This document shows positions 25,001 through 53,480 of a DNA stretch of 64,000 bases, piece by piece. Both the position numbers and the translations under genes were made by a program. Below the pieces are notes generated by a model. It was not told the DNA's origin. It ran no database searches and saw only the letters and a list, made by a program, of their open reading frames with translations. Source of the DNA: the human T2T-CHM13v2.0 reference genome, Homo sapiens. Every line of letters begins with the position of its first letter. Position 1 is the first letter of the stretch. The stretch lies in NCBI RefSeq assembly GCF_009914755.1, contig NC_060947.1. One strand, 5' to 3'.

Positions 25001-25328
25001 CCCACAAGCTGGAATGGCTTGCCCAAAGATGGCAGCCTTCCCCTCCCCTTGGAAGCTCTGTCCCAGGGAAGCACAACACTGCTACCAGTGACTGGCTGAA
25101 ATTCCCAGCCAGTGGGCCTTGTCCTGTGAGGCATTGTGGAAGTGGGGACCGCAGACTGTCACTGCTTGGCTTCCTGGATTCAGGCTCTTTCCTAGAAGTA
25201 TGTAGGGGGATCTAACTTCCCAGTTTGCCAGAGTTGCAGTTACTTTTTCTGGGAAGCCCAGAGCCAGACAGAGTATCTAAAGCTCCTGGGTCTCCATGAA
25301 TGCCTGAGTGGCTGCTCTGCCAAGGCTC
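19076..25328 (-). mobile_element. Near full-length older primate L1 (approx. L1PA13-like), both termini lost
   Basis: Collinear 3'UTR, ORF2 pieces, ORF1 pieces (23332..23571, 23787..24182) and a repeat-containing 5'UTR; many stops. Confidence 0.85.
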
Positions 25329-25833
25329 TGATACAGGAGGGGGGCAGGGATGTGCTGGGTAGAGAAGGGCAGGGTCCCTGGCAAGGGCTGCACCATCAGG
25401 CTCGTTCCCATGAACCTAAGTGAGAACTGGCACTCCTGTTTTCATACCCAAATGTTGCATTTTCCAAGACCACTCTGGCCTGCCATGCCTCTCATCCTGT
25501 GCCCATAAAAACCTGAGACCATAGCAGACACACACACAAGCACCTGGGTGTCAAGAGGAGCAGAACAGCACACCGACAGACACCAGCAGACACCGGCAGG
25601 CCATCGGATGGCCAGATGGTGTGGAATTCGGTCAGGGGTGGTTGGAAGAGTCTGGCCACTGGGTGGCCCAACTCCAGGGGAAGACCGTCTTCCCACTCCA
25701 TTCCCCTTTTGGCTCCCCATCCATCTCACTGAGAACTACTTCCGCCACTCAATAAAACCTTTCACTCTTTCTCCAAGCCCATGTGTGATCCAATTTTTCC
25801 AGTACACTAGGGCAAGAACCCAGGATACAGAAA
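25329..25833 (+). mobile_element. Partial ERV1 solo LTR (LTR1/LTR27/LTR28/MER52 group)
   Basis: Starts TGATACAGG; TATA-like CCCATAAAAACC (~25502); AATAAA (25751); 3' end missing. Confidence 0.65.
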
Positions 25834-26195
25834 GTGACCCTACCCAAATCTCATGTCGAATCATAATCCCCAATGTTGGAGGAGGAGCCTTGTGAGAGGT
25901 GATTGGATCATGGGGGCGGACTTTCCCCTTGCTGTTCTCGTGGTAGTGAGTTCTCATGAGATCTGGTTGTTCAAAAGTGTGTAGCACCTCCCCCTTTGCT
26001 ACCTTCCTCTTTCTCTGGCCATCTAAGATGTACTTGCTTTCCCTTCACCTTCCACCATGATGGTAAGTTTCCTGAGGCCTCCCCAGCCATGCTTCCTGTA
26101 CAGCCTGTGGAACTGAATCAAATTAAACCTCTTTTATTTATAAATTACCCAGTCTCAGGTAGTTCTTTATAGCAACGCAAGAACAGAATAATACA
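25834..26195 (+). mobile_element. MaLR solo LTR (MSTA-like)
   Basis: CCCAAATCTCATG...GGATCATGGGGGCGG...AATTAAACCTCTT...TAATACA terminus. Confidence 0.88.
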
Positions 26196-28450
<2,255 letters not shown>

Positions 28451-28452
28451 GA

Positions 28453-35775
<7,323 letters not shown>

Positions 35776-36120
35776 AGAATGAATAAAAACTAGATGCCTA
35801 TCTCTTGCCATATACAAAAGTAGAATGAAACTAGATACCTATCTTTTGCCATATACAAAAATCAAATCAAAATGGATTGAAGACATAAATCTAAGACCAT
35901 AAACAATGAAATTATTATGAGAAAACATTGGTGAAAATCTCCAGGACTTTGGTCTGGGCAAAAATTTCTTGAGCAATATGCAACAAGCACAGGCAACCAA
36001 AGCAAAAATGGACAAATGGAATCACATCAGATTAAAAAGCTTCTGCACAGCAAAGAAAACTATCAACAAAGTGAAGAGGCAACCCACAGAATGGGAGAAA
36101 ATACTTGCAAGCTACCTACC
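35776..36120 (+). mobile_element. L1M ORF2 C-terminal fragment
   Basis: [23 protein letters not shown] (35969..36163). Confidence 0.8.
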
Positions 36121-36294
36121 TTTTTATTTTTTGTGGGTACCTAGTAGGCATATATATTTGTAGAGTGCATGAGATATTGTGATACAGCCATACAATGTAT
36201 AATAATAACATCATGGAAATTGGGTATCCATCATCTCAATTATTTATCCTTTCTTTATGGTACAAACAAACCAATTATACTCTTTTAGTTATTT

Positions 36295-42476
<6,182 letters not shown>

Positions 42477-42519
42477 AACCAATACAATCTTCTCTTTTAG
42501 TTATTTTTAACTGCACGTT

Positions 42520-42815
42520 ACTTTTATTTATTCTCACTCTGTCACCCAGACTGAGTGCAGTGGCATGATCATGGCTTACTGCAGCCTTGACCTCCCAGGC
42601 TTAAGTGATCCTCCCACCTCAGCCTCCCATGTATCTGAGACTATGGGTGCATGCCACTACATGCAGTTAATTTTTATTTTATTTTATTTTATTTTTTGTA
42701 GAGACAAGTTCTCTCTATGTTGCCCAGGCTGGTCTTGAACTTCCAGACTCAAGCTGTCCTCCTGCCTTGGCCTTCCAATGTGCTGGGATTACAGACAAGA
42801 GCCGTGACACCTGGC
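42520..42815 (-). mobile_element. AluJ
   Basis: Reverse Alu dimer with AluJ-type CTGCAGCCTTGACCTCC. Confidence 0.85.
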
Positions 42816-45539
42816 ATGTACAATAAACTTTCATTGACTGTAGTTATCCTGTTGTGATATCAAATACCAGATCTTATCTACTCTATTTTTTGGTACCCAT
42901 TAACCATTCACACTCCCCCTACCCCCACTACCCTTCCCAGACTGTGGTAAACATTGTTCTACTCTCTATCTCCATGAGTTCAAGTGTTTTAATTTTTAGC
43001 TCCCATAAATATGTGAAGCTGCCTTTCTGTTTCAGGCTTATTTCACATAATATAATGTCCTTCAGTTTCATCCATGTTGTTGCAAATGACAGGATCTCAT
43101 TCTTTTTTATGACTGAATAGTACTCCACTGTGTATATGTACTACATTTTCTTTACCCATCCATCTATTGATGGATACATAGGTTGCATCCAAATCTTGGC
43201 TATTGTAAGTAGGGCTGCAATAAACATGGGGATGCAGATATGTCTTCAATATGCTGATGTCCTTTCTTTGAGGCATATACCCAGCAGTGGGATTGCTGGG
43301 TTGTATGGTAGCTCTATTTTTAGTTGTCTGAGGAACCTCCAAACTGTTCTCCATAGTGGTTGTACTAATGTACCTTACCACCAACAGTGTATTAAGGTTC
43401 TGGTGCTTTATTCAGTTCATTTGGTGAATTAATGTTTTCTTGGATGTTCTTGATGCTTGTGGATGTTCCTCAGTGTCTGAGCATTGAAGAGTTAGGTATT
43501 TATTGTAGTCTTCACAGTCTGGGCTTGGTACCCATCCTTCCTGGGTAGGCTTTCCAGGTATTCAAAGGGATTTAGGTGTTGTTCTAAACCTTTGGTCACT
43601 GCAGCTTTGTCTCTATTAGGGGACACCCTAAGTCTAGTAATGTTATGGCTCTTGCAGACTCTGAGGTACTGCCTTGGTGGTCTTGGGTAAGATCATGGAG
43701 GAATTACCTGGATTACCTCACAGAGGTTCTTGTTTTCTTTCCTTACTTTACCCCAAACCAATTGAGTCTCTGTGCTGAGCTGCCTGGAGCTGGGTGTGGG
43801 ATGACACAAGTACCTCTATGGTACTCACCACTGGGACTGTGCTGGGTCAGACCCAAAGTCAGCATGCCACTTGGTCTTGCCCAATACCACAGTGACCACT
43901 GCCTGGCTACTGCCTATGTTCACTTAAAGCCAAAATGCTCTACAGTCAATAGGTGGTGAAGCCAGTCAGTCTTGTGTTCTTCCCTTAAGGGCAGCAAGTT
44001 CTCCCTTGCCCTGGGTGGGTCAAAAGTTGCTCTTCTGGACCTAGGACCTGGAGTTCAGAACCTTAGGAATCTACCTGGTGCTCTGTTAAACTGTGGCTGA
44101 GCCGGCAAGAAGCTGCAAGACAAAGTCCTTCTCACACTTGCCTCCCCTATCCTCAAGTAGAGGAGTTTCTCCCCATAGCCACCACCACCCCAGGCCCACA
44201 GCAAGCACTGGCTGGTTACCACTGATGATTATGCAGAGCCCAAGAGCTTTTTTGTTAGCAGGTGATAGATCCTGCCAGGACTTGGTCCTTCCCTTCAAGG
44301 TAGCATGTTCCCTTCTAGTCCACAGTGTGTTAAGAAATGTCATCTGTGAGCTGGGGCTTGTAATGGGAGCCTTGGGACTATTCCTGTTGCCTTATCCTAC
44401 TGTGGCTGGGCTGGTACCCAATTGCAAGACACAGTCCTCTTCACTCCCCACTCTCCTCTCGTCTCTTCAAGGTGAAGGTAGGAGTCTCTCCTGGAGCTGC
44501 AAGTTGTGATGCCTGGGTTTGAGGGAAGGGTGACATGAGCACTCCCTAGGCTGCCCTAGCTGGTGCATCACTACATTGTCTACACTCCAAGTCTACCTGG
44601 CTTTGAGCCCAGCATAGTACCAGGACTCACGTAGGAATTGGAGTCCTTGTGGCTGAGACTGTCTTTCAAGTTTATTTAGGGCCCCATAGCACTTTAGCCT
44701 GCAGTGGCAGGGCTTGCTGGAACTCAGGTGTCGACTGCTGGGATGGACAATTCATCTCTGACTATGGCTGGTCTAAATGCTCCCTCCATGGGTGCTGGTT
44801 GAGTTCTGCCCTGTGTTGCTTTTGACTATGGTAGGGCAGCACTGAGTTTGAATGTGTAGTCCCAAAATTTCAACACTTTCCTTTCCCTAAGTACAGAGAT
44901 TCTCTCTGTTCCATGTAGCCACTGCTGGGGGATACGAGTGGGGTGGTGTAGGCTATTTAAGAAAGACTGTGTTTCCTACCCTCTTCATTGCCTTTTTCCT
45001 TAATATGGTGTTAAAGCAAGTACTGTGACCACTCCCTTGATATTTGGTTCTTTTGAAGGTGCTTTATTTATGTTCAATATGGTGTTCCTGTGTGGTAGGG
45101 GGAAACTTGCTGTAGCCTTCTATTTAGTCATCTTGCCCTGCCTCCCTGTCCTAGTATTCGTTGTTTTGAGAAGCCTACATTGATACTTGTTATCACTTGG
45201 CATTTTGATCATATTCATACTAACAGATGTGAAGTGATATCTCACTGTGGTTTTAATTTGCATTCCCCTGATGATTAATTATGTTAAGCACCTTTTCATC
45301 TACCTGGGAGACCCTAAGTAGCCAAAGACATAATAAGAAAAGACAACAGATCTGGAGGCATCACACTGCCTAATTTCCAAGTATATTATAAAAATATAGT
45401 AATCAGTAGAGAATTGTACTGGCATAAAAACAGATACATCAACCAACTGAACAAAATAGATAGTTCACAAATATATCCACACGTATATGGTCAACTAATC
45501 TTCAAAAAAAGCAATAAGAATACACAATACAGAAAGGAT

Positions 45540-45943
45540 ATTCCCTCCAAATCTCATGTTGAAATGTGATTTTGAATGTTGGAGGTTGGGCCTAGTGGGA
45601 GGTATTGGACCATGGGGGCAGATTTCTCATGAATGGCTTAGTGCCATCCCCTTGGTGATGAGTAGATTCTAGCTCTATTTATGGAAGATCTGTTTTTTTA
45701 AAAAGAGTATGGAATCACCCCCTTGTCTCTCTTGGTCCTTCTCTTGCCATGTGATATGCTTGCCCCTGCTTTGCCTTCTGCTGTGAGTAAAAGTTCTCTG
45801 AGGCCTCACCAGAAGGGAAGGAGATGCTGGTGTCACACTTTTGTACAGTCTGCAGAACTGTGAGCCAATTAAAAAACCTCTTTTCTTTATAAATTACCCA
45901 GCCTCAGGTATTTCTTTATAACAATGCAAAAATGGGCTAACAC
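45540..45943 (+). mobile_element. MaLR solo LTR (MSTB-like)
   Basis: CTCCAAATCTCATGTTGAAATGTGA...GAATGGCTTAGTGCCATCCCC...CTAACACA. Confidence 0.85.
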
Positions 45944-45944
45944 A

Positions 45945-46848
45945 GGGTGTCTCTATTTTATTCCATTGGTCTATATTTTTGTCTTTATGCCAGTATCATA
46001 CTGTTTTGGTTCTTGTAGCTTTATAGTAAGTTTTGAAACTAGGAAGTGTGATTCTGCTAACTTTTCCTCTTTTTCAAAATTGTTTTGGCTTTTTGGGGTT
46101 CCTTTACCATCTATATAAATTTTAGGATGAAGTTGTCTATTTCTGCCATAAACATTACTGGAATTTTGATAGGAATTGCATTCAATTTGAAAGAATTGCA
46201 TTGGGTAGTATGGATATCTTAAAAATATGAAGTCCTAAAATCCATTAACACAGGATGTCTTTCCATTTATTTGTGTAATTATCTAATTTCTTTCAGCAAT
46301 ATTGTATAATTTTTAGTATATAGGTTTTTCATTTCTTTGTTTAAATTTATGCCTAAGTATTTTTTATTTGATGCTATTATAAATAGAATTGTTTTTCTTA
46401 ATTCCTTTTACAAATTGATGATTCTCAGTGTGTAGAAACACGACTGATTTTTGCATGTTGCTTTTGTACCTTGCAATTTGGTTGAATTCATTTACTTAGT
46501 TCTAAGTGTGTGTGTGTGGGGGCATGTGTGTGTTTATTTGTTAGGCATTTCTACATATAAAATTATGTAATTTTTGAGTAATTTTACTTATTTCTTTCTG
46601 TTTTGGATGAGTTTTATTTCTTTTTCTTCCCTAATTGCTCTGGGTAGAACTTCCAACAGCATATTGAATAGAAGTAGGAAAAGTGGGAACCCATACCTTG
46701 TTTCTGATTTTAGAGGAAAAGTTTGCAGTTTTTCACCACTGGCTATGATGTTAGCTGTGTGCTTTTCACATATGGCTTTTATTATCTTGAAATAATTTCC
46801 TTCTAGCCTCAGTTTGTTGAAGGATTTTTAAATATAAAACAGTATTAA
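45945..46848 (-). mobile_element. Ancient L1M ORF2 fragment
   Basis: Degenerate reverse L1 RT-region sequence. Confidence 0.7.
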
Positions 46849-49800
46849 GGGGGGTGGAGCCAAGATGGCCGAATAGGAACAGCTCAAGTCTACAGCTCCC
46901 AGTGTGAGTGACACAGAAGACAGGTGATTTCTGCATTTCCAACTGAGGTACCAGGTTTATCTCACTGGGGAGTGTCAGAAAGTGGGTGCAGGAGAGTGGG
47001 TGCAGTGCACCGAGTGTGAACCAAAGCAGGGCAAGGCATCACCTCACCTGGGAAGTGCAAGGGGTCAGGGAATTCCCTTTTCTAGTCAAAGAAAGGGGTA
47101 AAATATGGCACCTGGAAAATCGAGTCACTCCCACCCTAAAACTGCACTTTTCCAATGGGGTTAAAAAACGGCAAACCAGGAGATTATATCCCACACCTGG
47201 CTCAGAGGGTCCTACACCCACGGAGTCTCACTGATTGCTAGCACAGCAGTCTGAGATCAAACTGCAAGGTGGCAGTGAGGCCGGGGGGAAGGATGCCCAC
47301 CATTGCCCTGAGGCTTGAGTAGGTAAACAAAGCGGCTGGGAAGCTCAAACTGGGTGGAGCCCACCACAGCTCAAGGAGGACTGCCTGCCTCTATAGGCTC
47401 CACCTCTGGGGGTAGGGCATAGCCAAAAAAAAGGCAGCAGAATCCTCTGCAGACTTAAATGTCCCTGTCTGACAGCTTTGAAGAGAGTAGTGGTTCTCCC
47501 AGCATGCAGCTTGAGATCTGAGAATGGACAGACTGCCTCCTCAAGTGGGTCCCTGACCCCCGAGTAGCCTAACTGGCAGGCACCCGCCAGTAGGGGCAGA
47601 CTGACACCTCACACGGCTGGGTACTCTTCTGAGACCAAACCTCCAGAGGAACAATCAGGCAGCAACACTTGCTGCTCACCAATATCCGCTGTTCTGCAGC
47701 CTCTGCTGCTGATGCCCAGGCAAACAGGGTCTGCAGTGGACCTCCAGAAAACACCAACAGACATGCAGCTGAGGGTCCTTACTGTTAGAAGGAAAACTAA
47801 CAAACAGAAAGGACATCCACACCAAAAACCCATCTGTACGTCACCATCACCAAAGACCAAAGGTAGATAAAACCACAAAGATGGGGAAAAGACAGAACAG
47901 AAAAACTGGAAACTCTAAAAATCAGAGTGCCTATCCTCCTCCAAAGGAACGCAGCTCCTCACCAGCAATGGAACAAAGCTGGATGGAGAATGACTTTGAT
48001 GAGTTGAGAGAAGAAGGCTTCAGATGATCAAACTACTCCGAGCTAAAGGAGGAAGTTTGAACCCATGGCAAAGAAGTTAAAAAACTTGAAAAAAAAATTA
48101 GACGAATGGCTAGCTAGAATAACCAACGCAGACAAGTCCTTAAGGACTTGATGGAGCTGAAAACTAAGGCACAAGAACTACGTGACGAATGCACAAGCCT
48201 CAGTAGCCGATGTGATCAACTGGAATAAAGGGTATCAGTGATGGAAGGTCAAAGGAATGAAATGAAGCAAGAAGAGAAGTTTAGAGAAAAAAGAATAAAA
48301 AGAAATGAAGAAAGCCTCCAAGAAATATGGGACTATGTGAAAAGACTAAATCTACGTCTGATTGCTGTACCTGAAAGTGACAGGGATAATGAAATCAAGT
48401 TGGAAAACACTCTGCAGGATATTATCCAGGAGAATTTCCCCAATCTAGCAAGGCAGGCCAACATTCAAATTCAGGAAATACAGAGAACACCACAAAGATA
48501 CTCCTCAAGAAGAGCAACCCCAAGACACATAATTGTCAGATTCGCTAAAGTTGAAATGGAGGAAAAAATGTTAAGGGCAGCCAGAGAAAAAGATCGGGTT
48601 ACCCACAAAGGGAAGCCCATCAGACTAACAGCTGATCTCTTGGCAGATATTCTACAAGCCAGAAGACAGTGGGGACCAATATTCAACATTCTTAAAGAAA
48701 AGAATTTTAAAGCCAGAATTTCATATTCAGCCAAACTAAGCTTCATAAGTGAAGGAGAAATAAAATCCTTTACAGACAAGAAAATGTTGAGAGATTTTGT
48801 CACCACCAGGCCTATGCTAAAAGAGCTCCTGACGGAAGCACTAAACACGGAAACGGAAAACCAGTACCAGCCACTGCAAAATCATGCCAAATTGTAAAGA
48901 CCATCGAGGCTAGGAAGAAACTATATCAACTAATGAGCAAAATAACCAGCTAACATCATAATGACAGGATCAAATTCACACATGACAATATTAACCTTAA
49001 ATGTCAATGGGCTAAATGCTCCAATTAAAGGACACAGACTGGCAAATTGGATAGAGGCAAGACCAATCAGTGTGCTGTATTCAGGAGACCCATCTCACAT
49101 GCAGAGACACACATAGGCTCAAAATAAAGGGATGGAGGAAGATCTACCAAGCAAATGGAAAACAAAAAAAAAAGGCAGGGATTGCAATCCTAGACTCGGA
49201 TAAAACACATTTTAAACCAACAAAGATCAAAAGAGACAAAGAAGGCCATTGCATAATGGTAAAGGGATCAATTCAACAAGAAGAGCTAACTATCCTAAAT
49301 ATATATGTACCCAATACAGGAGCACCCAGATTCATAAAGCAAGTCCTTAGAGACCTACAAAGAGACTTAGACACCCCACACAATAATAATGGGAGACTTT
49401 AACATCCCACTGTCAACATTAGACAGATCAACGAGACAGAAAGTTAACAAGGATATCCACGAATTGAACTCAGCTCTGCACCAAGTGGACCTAATAGACA
49501 TCTACAGAACTCTCCACCCCAAATCAACAGAATATACATTTTTTTCAGCACCACAAGACACCTATTCCAAAAATGACCACATAGTTGGAAGTAAAGCACT
49601 CCTCAGCAAATGTAAAAGAACAGAAATTATAGCAAACTGTCTCTCAGACCACAGTGCAATCAAACTGGAACTCAGGATTAAGAAACTCACTCAAAACCGC
49701 TCAACTACATGGAAACTGAACTACCTGCTTCTGAATGCCTACTGGGTACATAATGAAATGAAGACAGAAATAAAGATGTTCTTTGAAACCAACGAGAACA

Positions 49801-52800
49801 AAGACACAACTTACCAGAATCTCTGGGACACATTCAAAGCAGTGTGTAGAGGGAAACTTATAGCAGTAAATGCCCACAAGAGAAAGCAGGAAAGATCCAA
49901 GATTGACACTCTAACATCACAATTAAAAGAACTAGAGAAGCAAGAGCAAACACATTCAAAAGCTAGCAGAAGGCAAGAAATAACTAAGATCAGAGCAGAA
50001 CTGAAGGAAATAGAGACACAAAAAACCCTTCAAAAAATCAATGAATCCAGGATCTTGTTTTTTGAAAAGATCAACAAAATTGATAGACCGCTAGCAAGAC
50101 TAATAAAGAAAAAAAGAGAGAAGAATCAAATAGATGCAATAAAAAATGCTACAGGGGATATCACCACCGATCCCACAGAAACACAAACTACTATCACAGA
50201 ATACTATAAACACCTCTACACAAATAAACTAGAAAATCTAGAAGAGATGGATAAATTCCTGGACACATACACCCTCCCAAGACTAAACCAGGAAGAAGTT
50301 GAATCTCCATATAGACCAATAACAGGCTCTGAAATTGAGGCAATAACTATTAGCTTACCAGCAAAAAAAAGTCCAGGACCAGACGGATTCACAGCCGAAT
50401 TCTACCAGAGGTACAAGGAGGAGCTGGTACCATTCCTTCTGAAACTATTCCAATCAATAGAAAAAGAGGGAATCCTCCCTAACTCATTTTATGAGGCCAG
50501 CATCATTCTGATACCAAAACCTGGCAAAGACACAACAAAAAAAGAAAATTTCAGGCCAATATCCCTGATGAACATTGATGCGAAATTCCTCAATAAAATA
50601 CTGGCAAACCGAATCCAGCAGCACATCCAAAAGCTTATCCACCACAATCAAGTCGGCTTCATCCCGGGGATGCAAGGTTGTTTCAATGTACACAAATCAA
50701 TAAACGTAATCCATCAGATAAACAGAACCAATGACAAAAACCACATGATTATCTCAATAGATGCAGAAAAGGCCTTCGACAAAATGCAACAGCGCTTCAT
50801 GTGAAAAACTTTCAATAAACTGGATATCGATGGAATGTATTTCAAAATAATAAGAGCAATTTATGACAAATCCACAGCCAATATCATATGGAATGGGCAA
50901 AAACTGGATGCATTCCATTTGAAAACTGGCACAAGACAAGGATGCCCTCTCTCACCACAATTATTCAGCATAGTATTGGAAGTTCTGGCCAGGGCAATCA
51001 GGCAAAAGAAAGAAATAAAGAGTATTCAATTAGGAAAAGAGGAAGTCAAATCGTCCCTGTTTGCAGATGACATGATTGTATATTTAGAAAACCCCATCAT
51101 CTCAGCCCAAAATCTCCTTAAGCTGATAAGCAACTTCAGCAAAGTCTCAGGATACAAAATCAATGTGCCAAAATCACAAGCATTCCTATATATCAATAAC
51201 AGAAAAACAGAGAGCCAAATCATGAGTGAACTCCCATTCACAACTGCTACAAAGAGAATAAAATACAACTCACAAGGGATGTGATGGACCTTTTCAAGGA
51301 GAACTACAAACCACCACTCAAGGAAATAAGAGAGGACATAAACAAATGGAAGAACCTTCCATGCTCATGGATAGGAATAACCAATATCTTGAAAATGGCC
51401 ATACTGCCCAAAGTAGTTTATAGATTCAATGCTATGCTCATCAAGCTACCATTGACTTTCTTCACAGAGTTGGAAAAAACTACTTTAAAGTTCATATGGA
51501 ACCAAAAAAGAGCCCACATAGCCAAGACAATCCTAAGCAAAAAGAACAAAGCTGGAGGCATCACGCTACCTGACTTCAAGCAATACTACAAGACTACAGT
51601 AACAAAAGCAGCATGGCACTGGTGTCAAAACAGATATATAGACCAATGAAACAGAACAGAGGCCTCAGAAATAATGCCACACATCCACAACCATCTGATC
51701 TTTGACAAGCCTGACAAAAACAAGAAATGGGGAAAGGATTCCCTATTTAATAAATGGTGTTGGACAAACGGGCTAGCCACATGGAGAAAACTGAAACTGG
51801 GTCCCTTCCTTACACCTTATACAAAAATTAACTCAAGATGGGTTAAAGACTTAAACATAAAACCTAAAACCATAAAAACCCTAGAGGAAAACCTAGGCAA
51901 TACCATTCAGGACATAGGCATGGGCAAAGACTTCATGACTAAAACACCAAAAGCAATGGCAACAAAAGCCAAAATTGACAAATGGGATCTAATTAAACTA
52001 AAGAGCTTCTGCACAGCAAAAGAAACTACCATCAGAGTGAACAGGCAACCTACAGAATGGGAGAAAATTTTTGCAATCTCTCTATCTGACGAAGGACTAA
52101 TATCCAGAAACTACAAAGAACTTAAACAAATTTACAAGAAAAAAACAAACAACCCCATCAAAAAGTGGGCAAAGGATACGAACAGACACTTCTCAAAAGA
52201 AGACATTTATGCAGCCAAAACACATATGAAAAAATGCGCATCATCACTGGTCATTAGAGAAATGCAAATCAAAACCACAATGAGATACCATCTCACACCA
52301 GTTAGAATGGCGACCATGAAAAAGTCAGGAAACAATAGGTGCTGGAGAGGATGTGGAGAAATAGGAACACTTTTACACAGTTGGTGGGACTGTAAACTAG
52401 TTCAACCCTTGTGGAAGACAGTGTGGCGATTCCTCAAAGATCTAGAACTAGAAATACTATTTGATCCAGCAATCCCACTACTGGGTATATACCAAAAGGA
52501 TTATAAATCATTCTACTGTAAAGACACATGCACATGTATGTTTATTGTGGCACTGTTCACAATAGCAAAGACTTGGAACCAACCCAAATGCCCATCAATG
52601 ATAGACTGGATAAAGAAAATGTGGCATGTATACACCATGGAATACTAAGCAGCCATAAAAAAGGATGAGTTCACGTCCTTGTTAGGGTCATGGATGAAGC
52701 TGGAAACCATCATTCTCAGCACACTAACACAAGAACAGAAATCCAAACACCGCATATTCTCACTCATAAGTGGGAGTTGAACAATGAGAACACATGGACG

Positions 52801-52990
52801 CAGGGAGGGGAACAACACACACCGGGGCCTACTGGGGGGTGGAGGTCTAGGGGAGGGATAGCATTAGGAGAAATACCTAATGTAGATGACGGGTTCATGG
52901 GTGCAGCAAACCACCACAGGACGGGCATACCTATGTAGCAAACCTGCACTTTCTGCACATGTAGCCCAGAACTTAAAGTATAATAAAAAA
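46849..52990 (+). mobile_element. Full-length L1PA (L1PA5-like 5' part, L1PA7-like 3' part), ORFs disrupted
   Basis: 5'UTR GGTGGAGCCAAGATGGCC; ORF1 48238..48897; ORF2 pieces 49389..50804, 50835..51284, 51281..51649, 51674..52648; short A tail; no TSD found. Confidence 0.93.
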
Positions 52991-52999
52991 GAAGTGGGG

Positions 53000-53480
53000 T
53001 TTATCCTATGGAAAAATGGGAAGTCGTTACTAAAGAGTATTTAGTCAGGCGAGTGTTGTTATCATATTTGTGCTTCATAAAGACCACTTTGATTACAGGG
53101 TGGATGATGAATTGGAAGGATGTCAATGAGAATGCTGCTATAGTGGTCCAGGGGAGACTGAAATAAGGCAGTAGCAATAGGGTTTCCAAGAAAAGAATGG
53201 ACTCCAGACACACAGTGAAGGTTAGCTGAAATGGTCTTGATGAGGAAGTGTGTGGAAAATTCTATGATTCCCATATTGGTTCATGGCTTGAGTGGGTGGT
53301 GCTGGTGCCATTTACTAAATTAGCAAACAGGAGAGCAGCAGCTTTAAGAGAAGGAATGTATGTGAAAAGTGAGGAAATATCCAAATGAATATGTGTGGAT
53401 TATAAGAATAATTGAAGTCACTAGTGATGTCTGAATGAATTTGTGACAGTAGGTGGGCAATGGTAACACCAGAATGGATG
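53000..53480 (-). mobile_element. L2 fragment
   Basis: GCTATAGTGGTCCAGG and GCTGGTGCCATTTACT motifs typical of reverse L2. Confidence 0.5.

Noticed and set aside
24225-25200. CRISPR-like or novel repeat-spacer array
   Set aside because: Eukaryotic context; the whole ~270-bp unit is repeated with divergence and sits within an L1 5'UTR.
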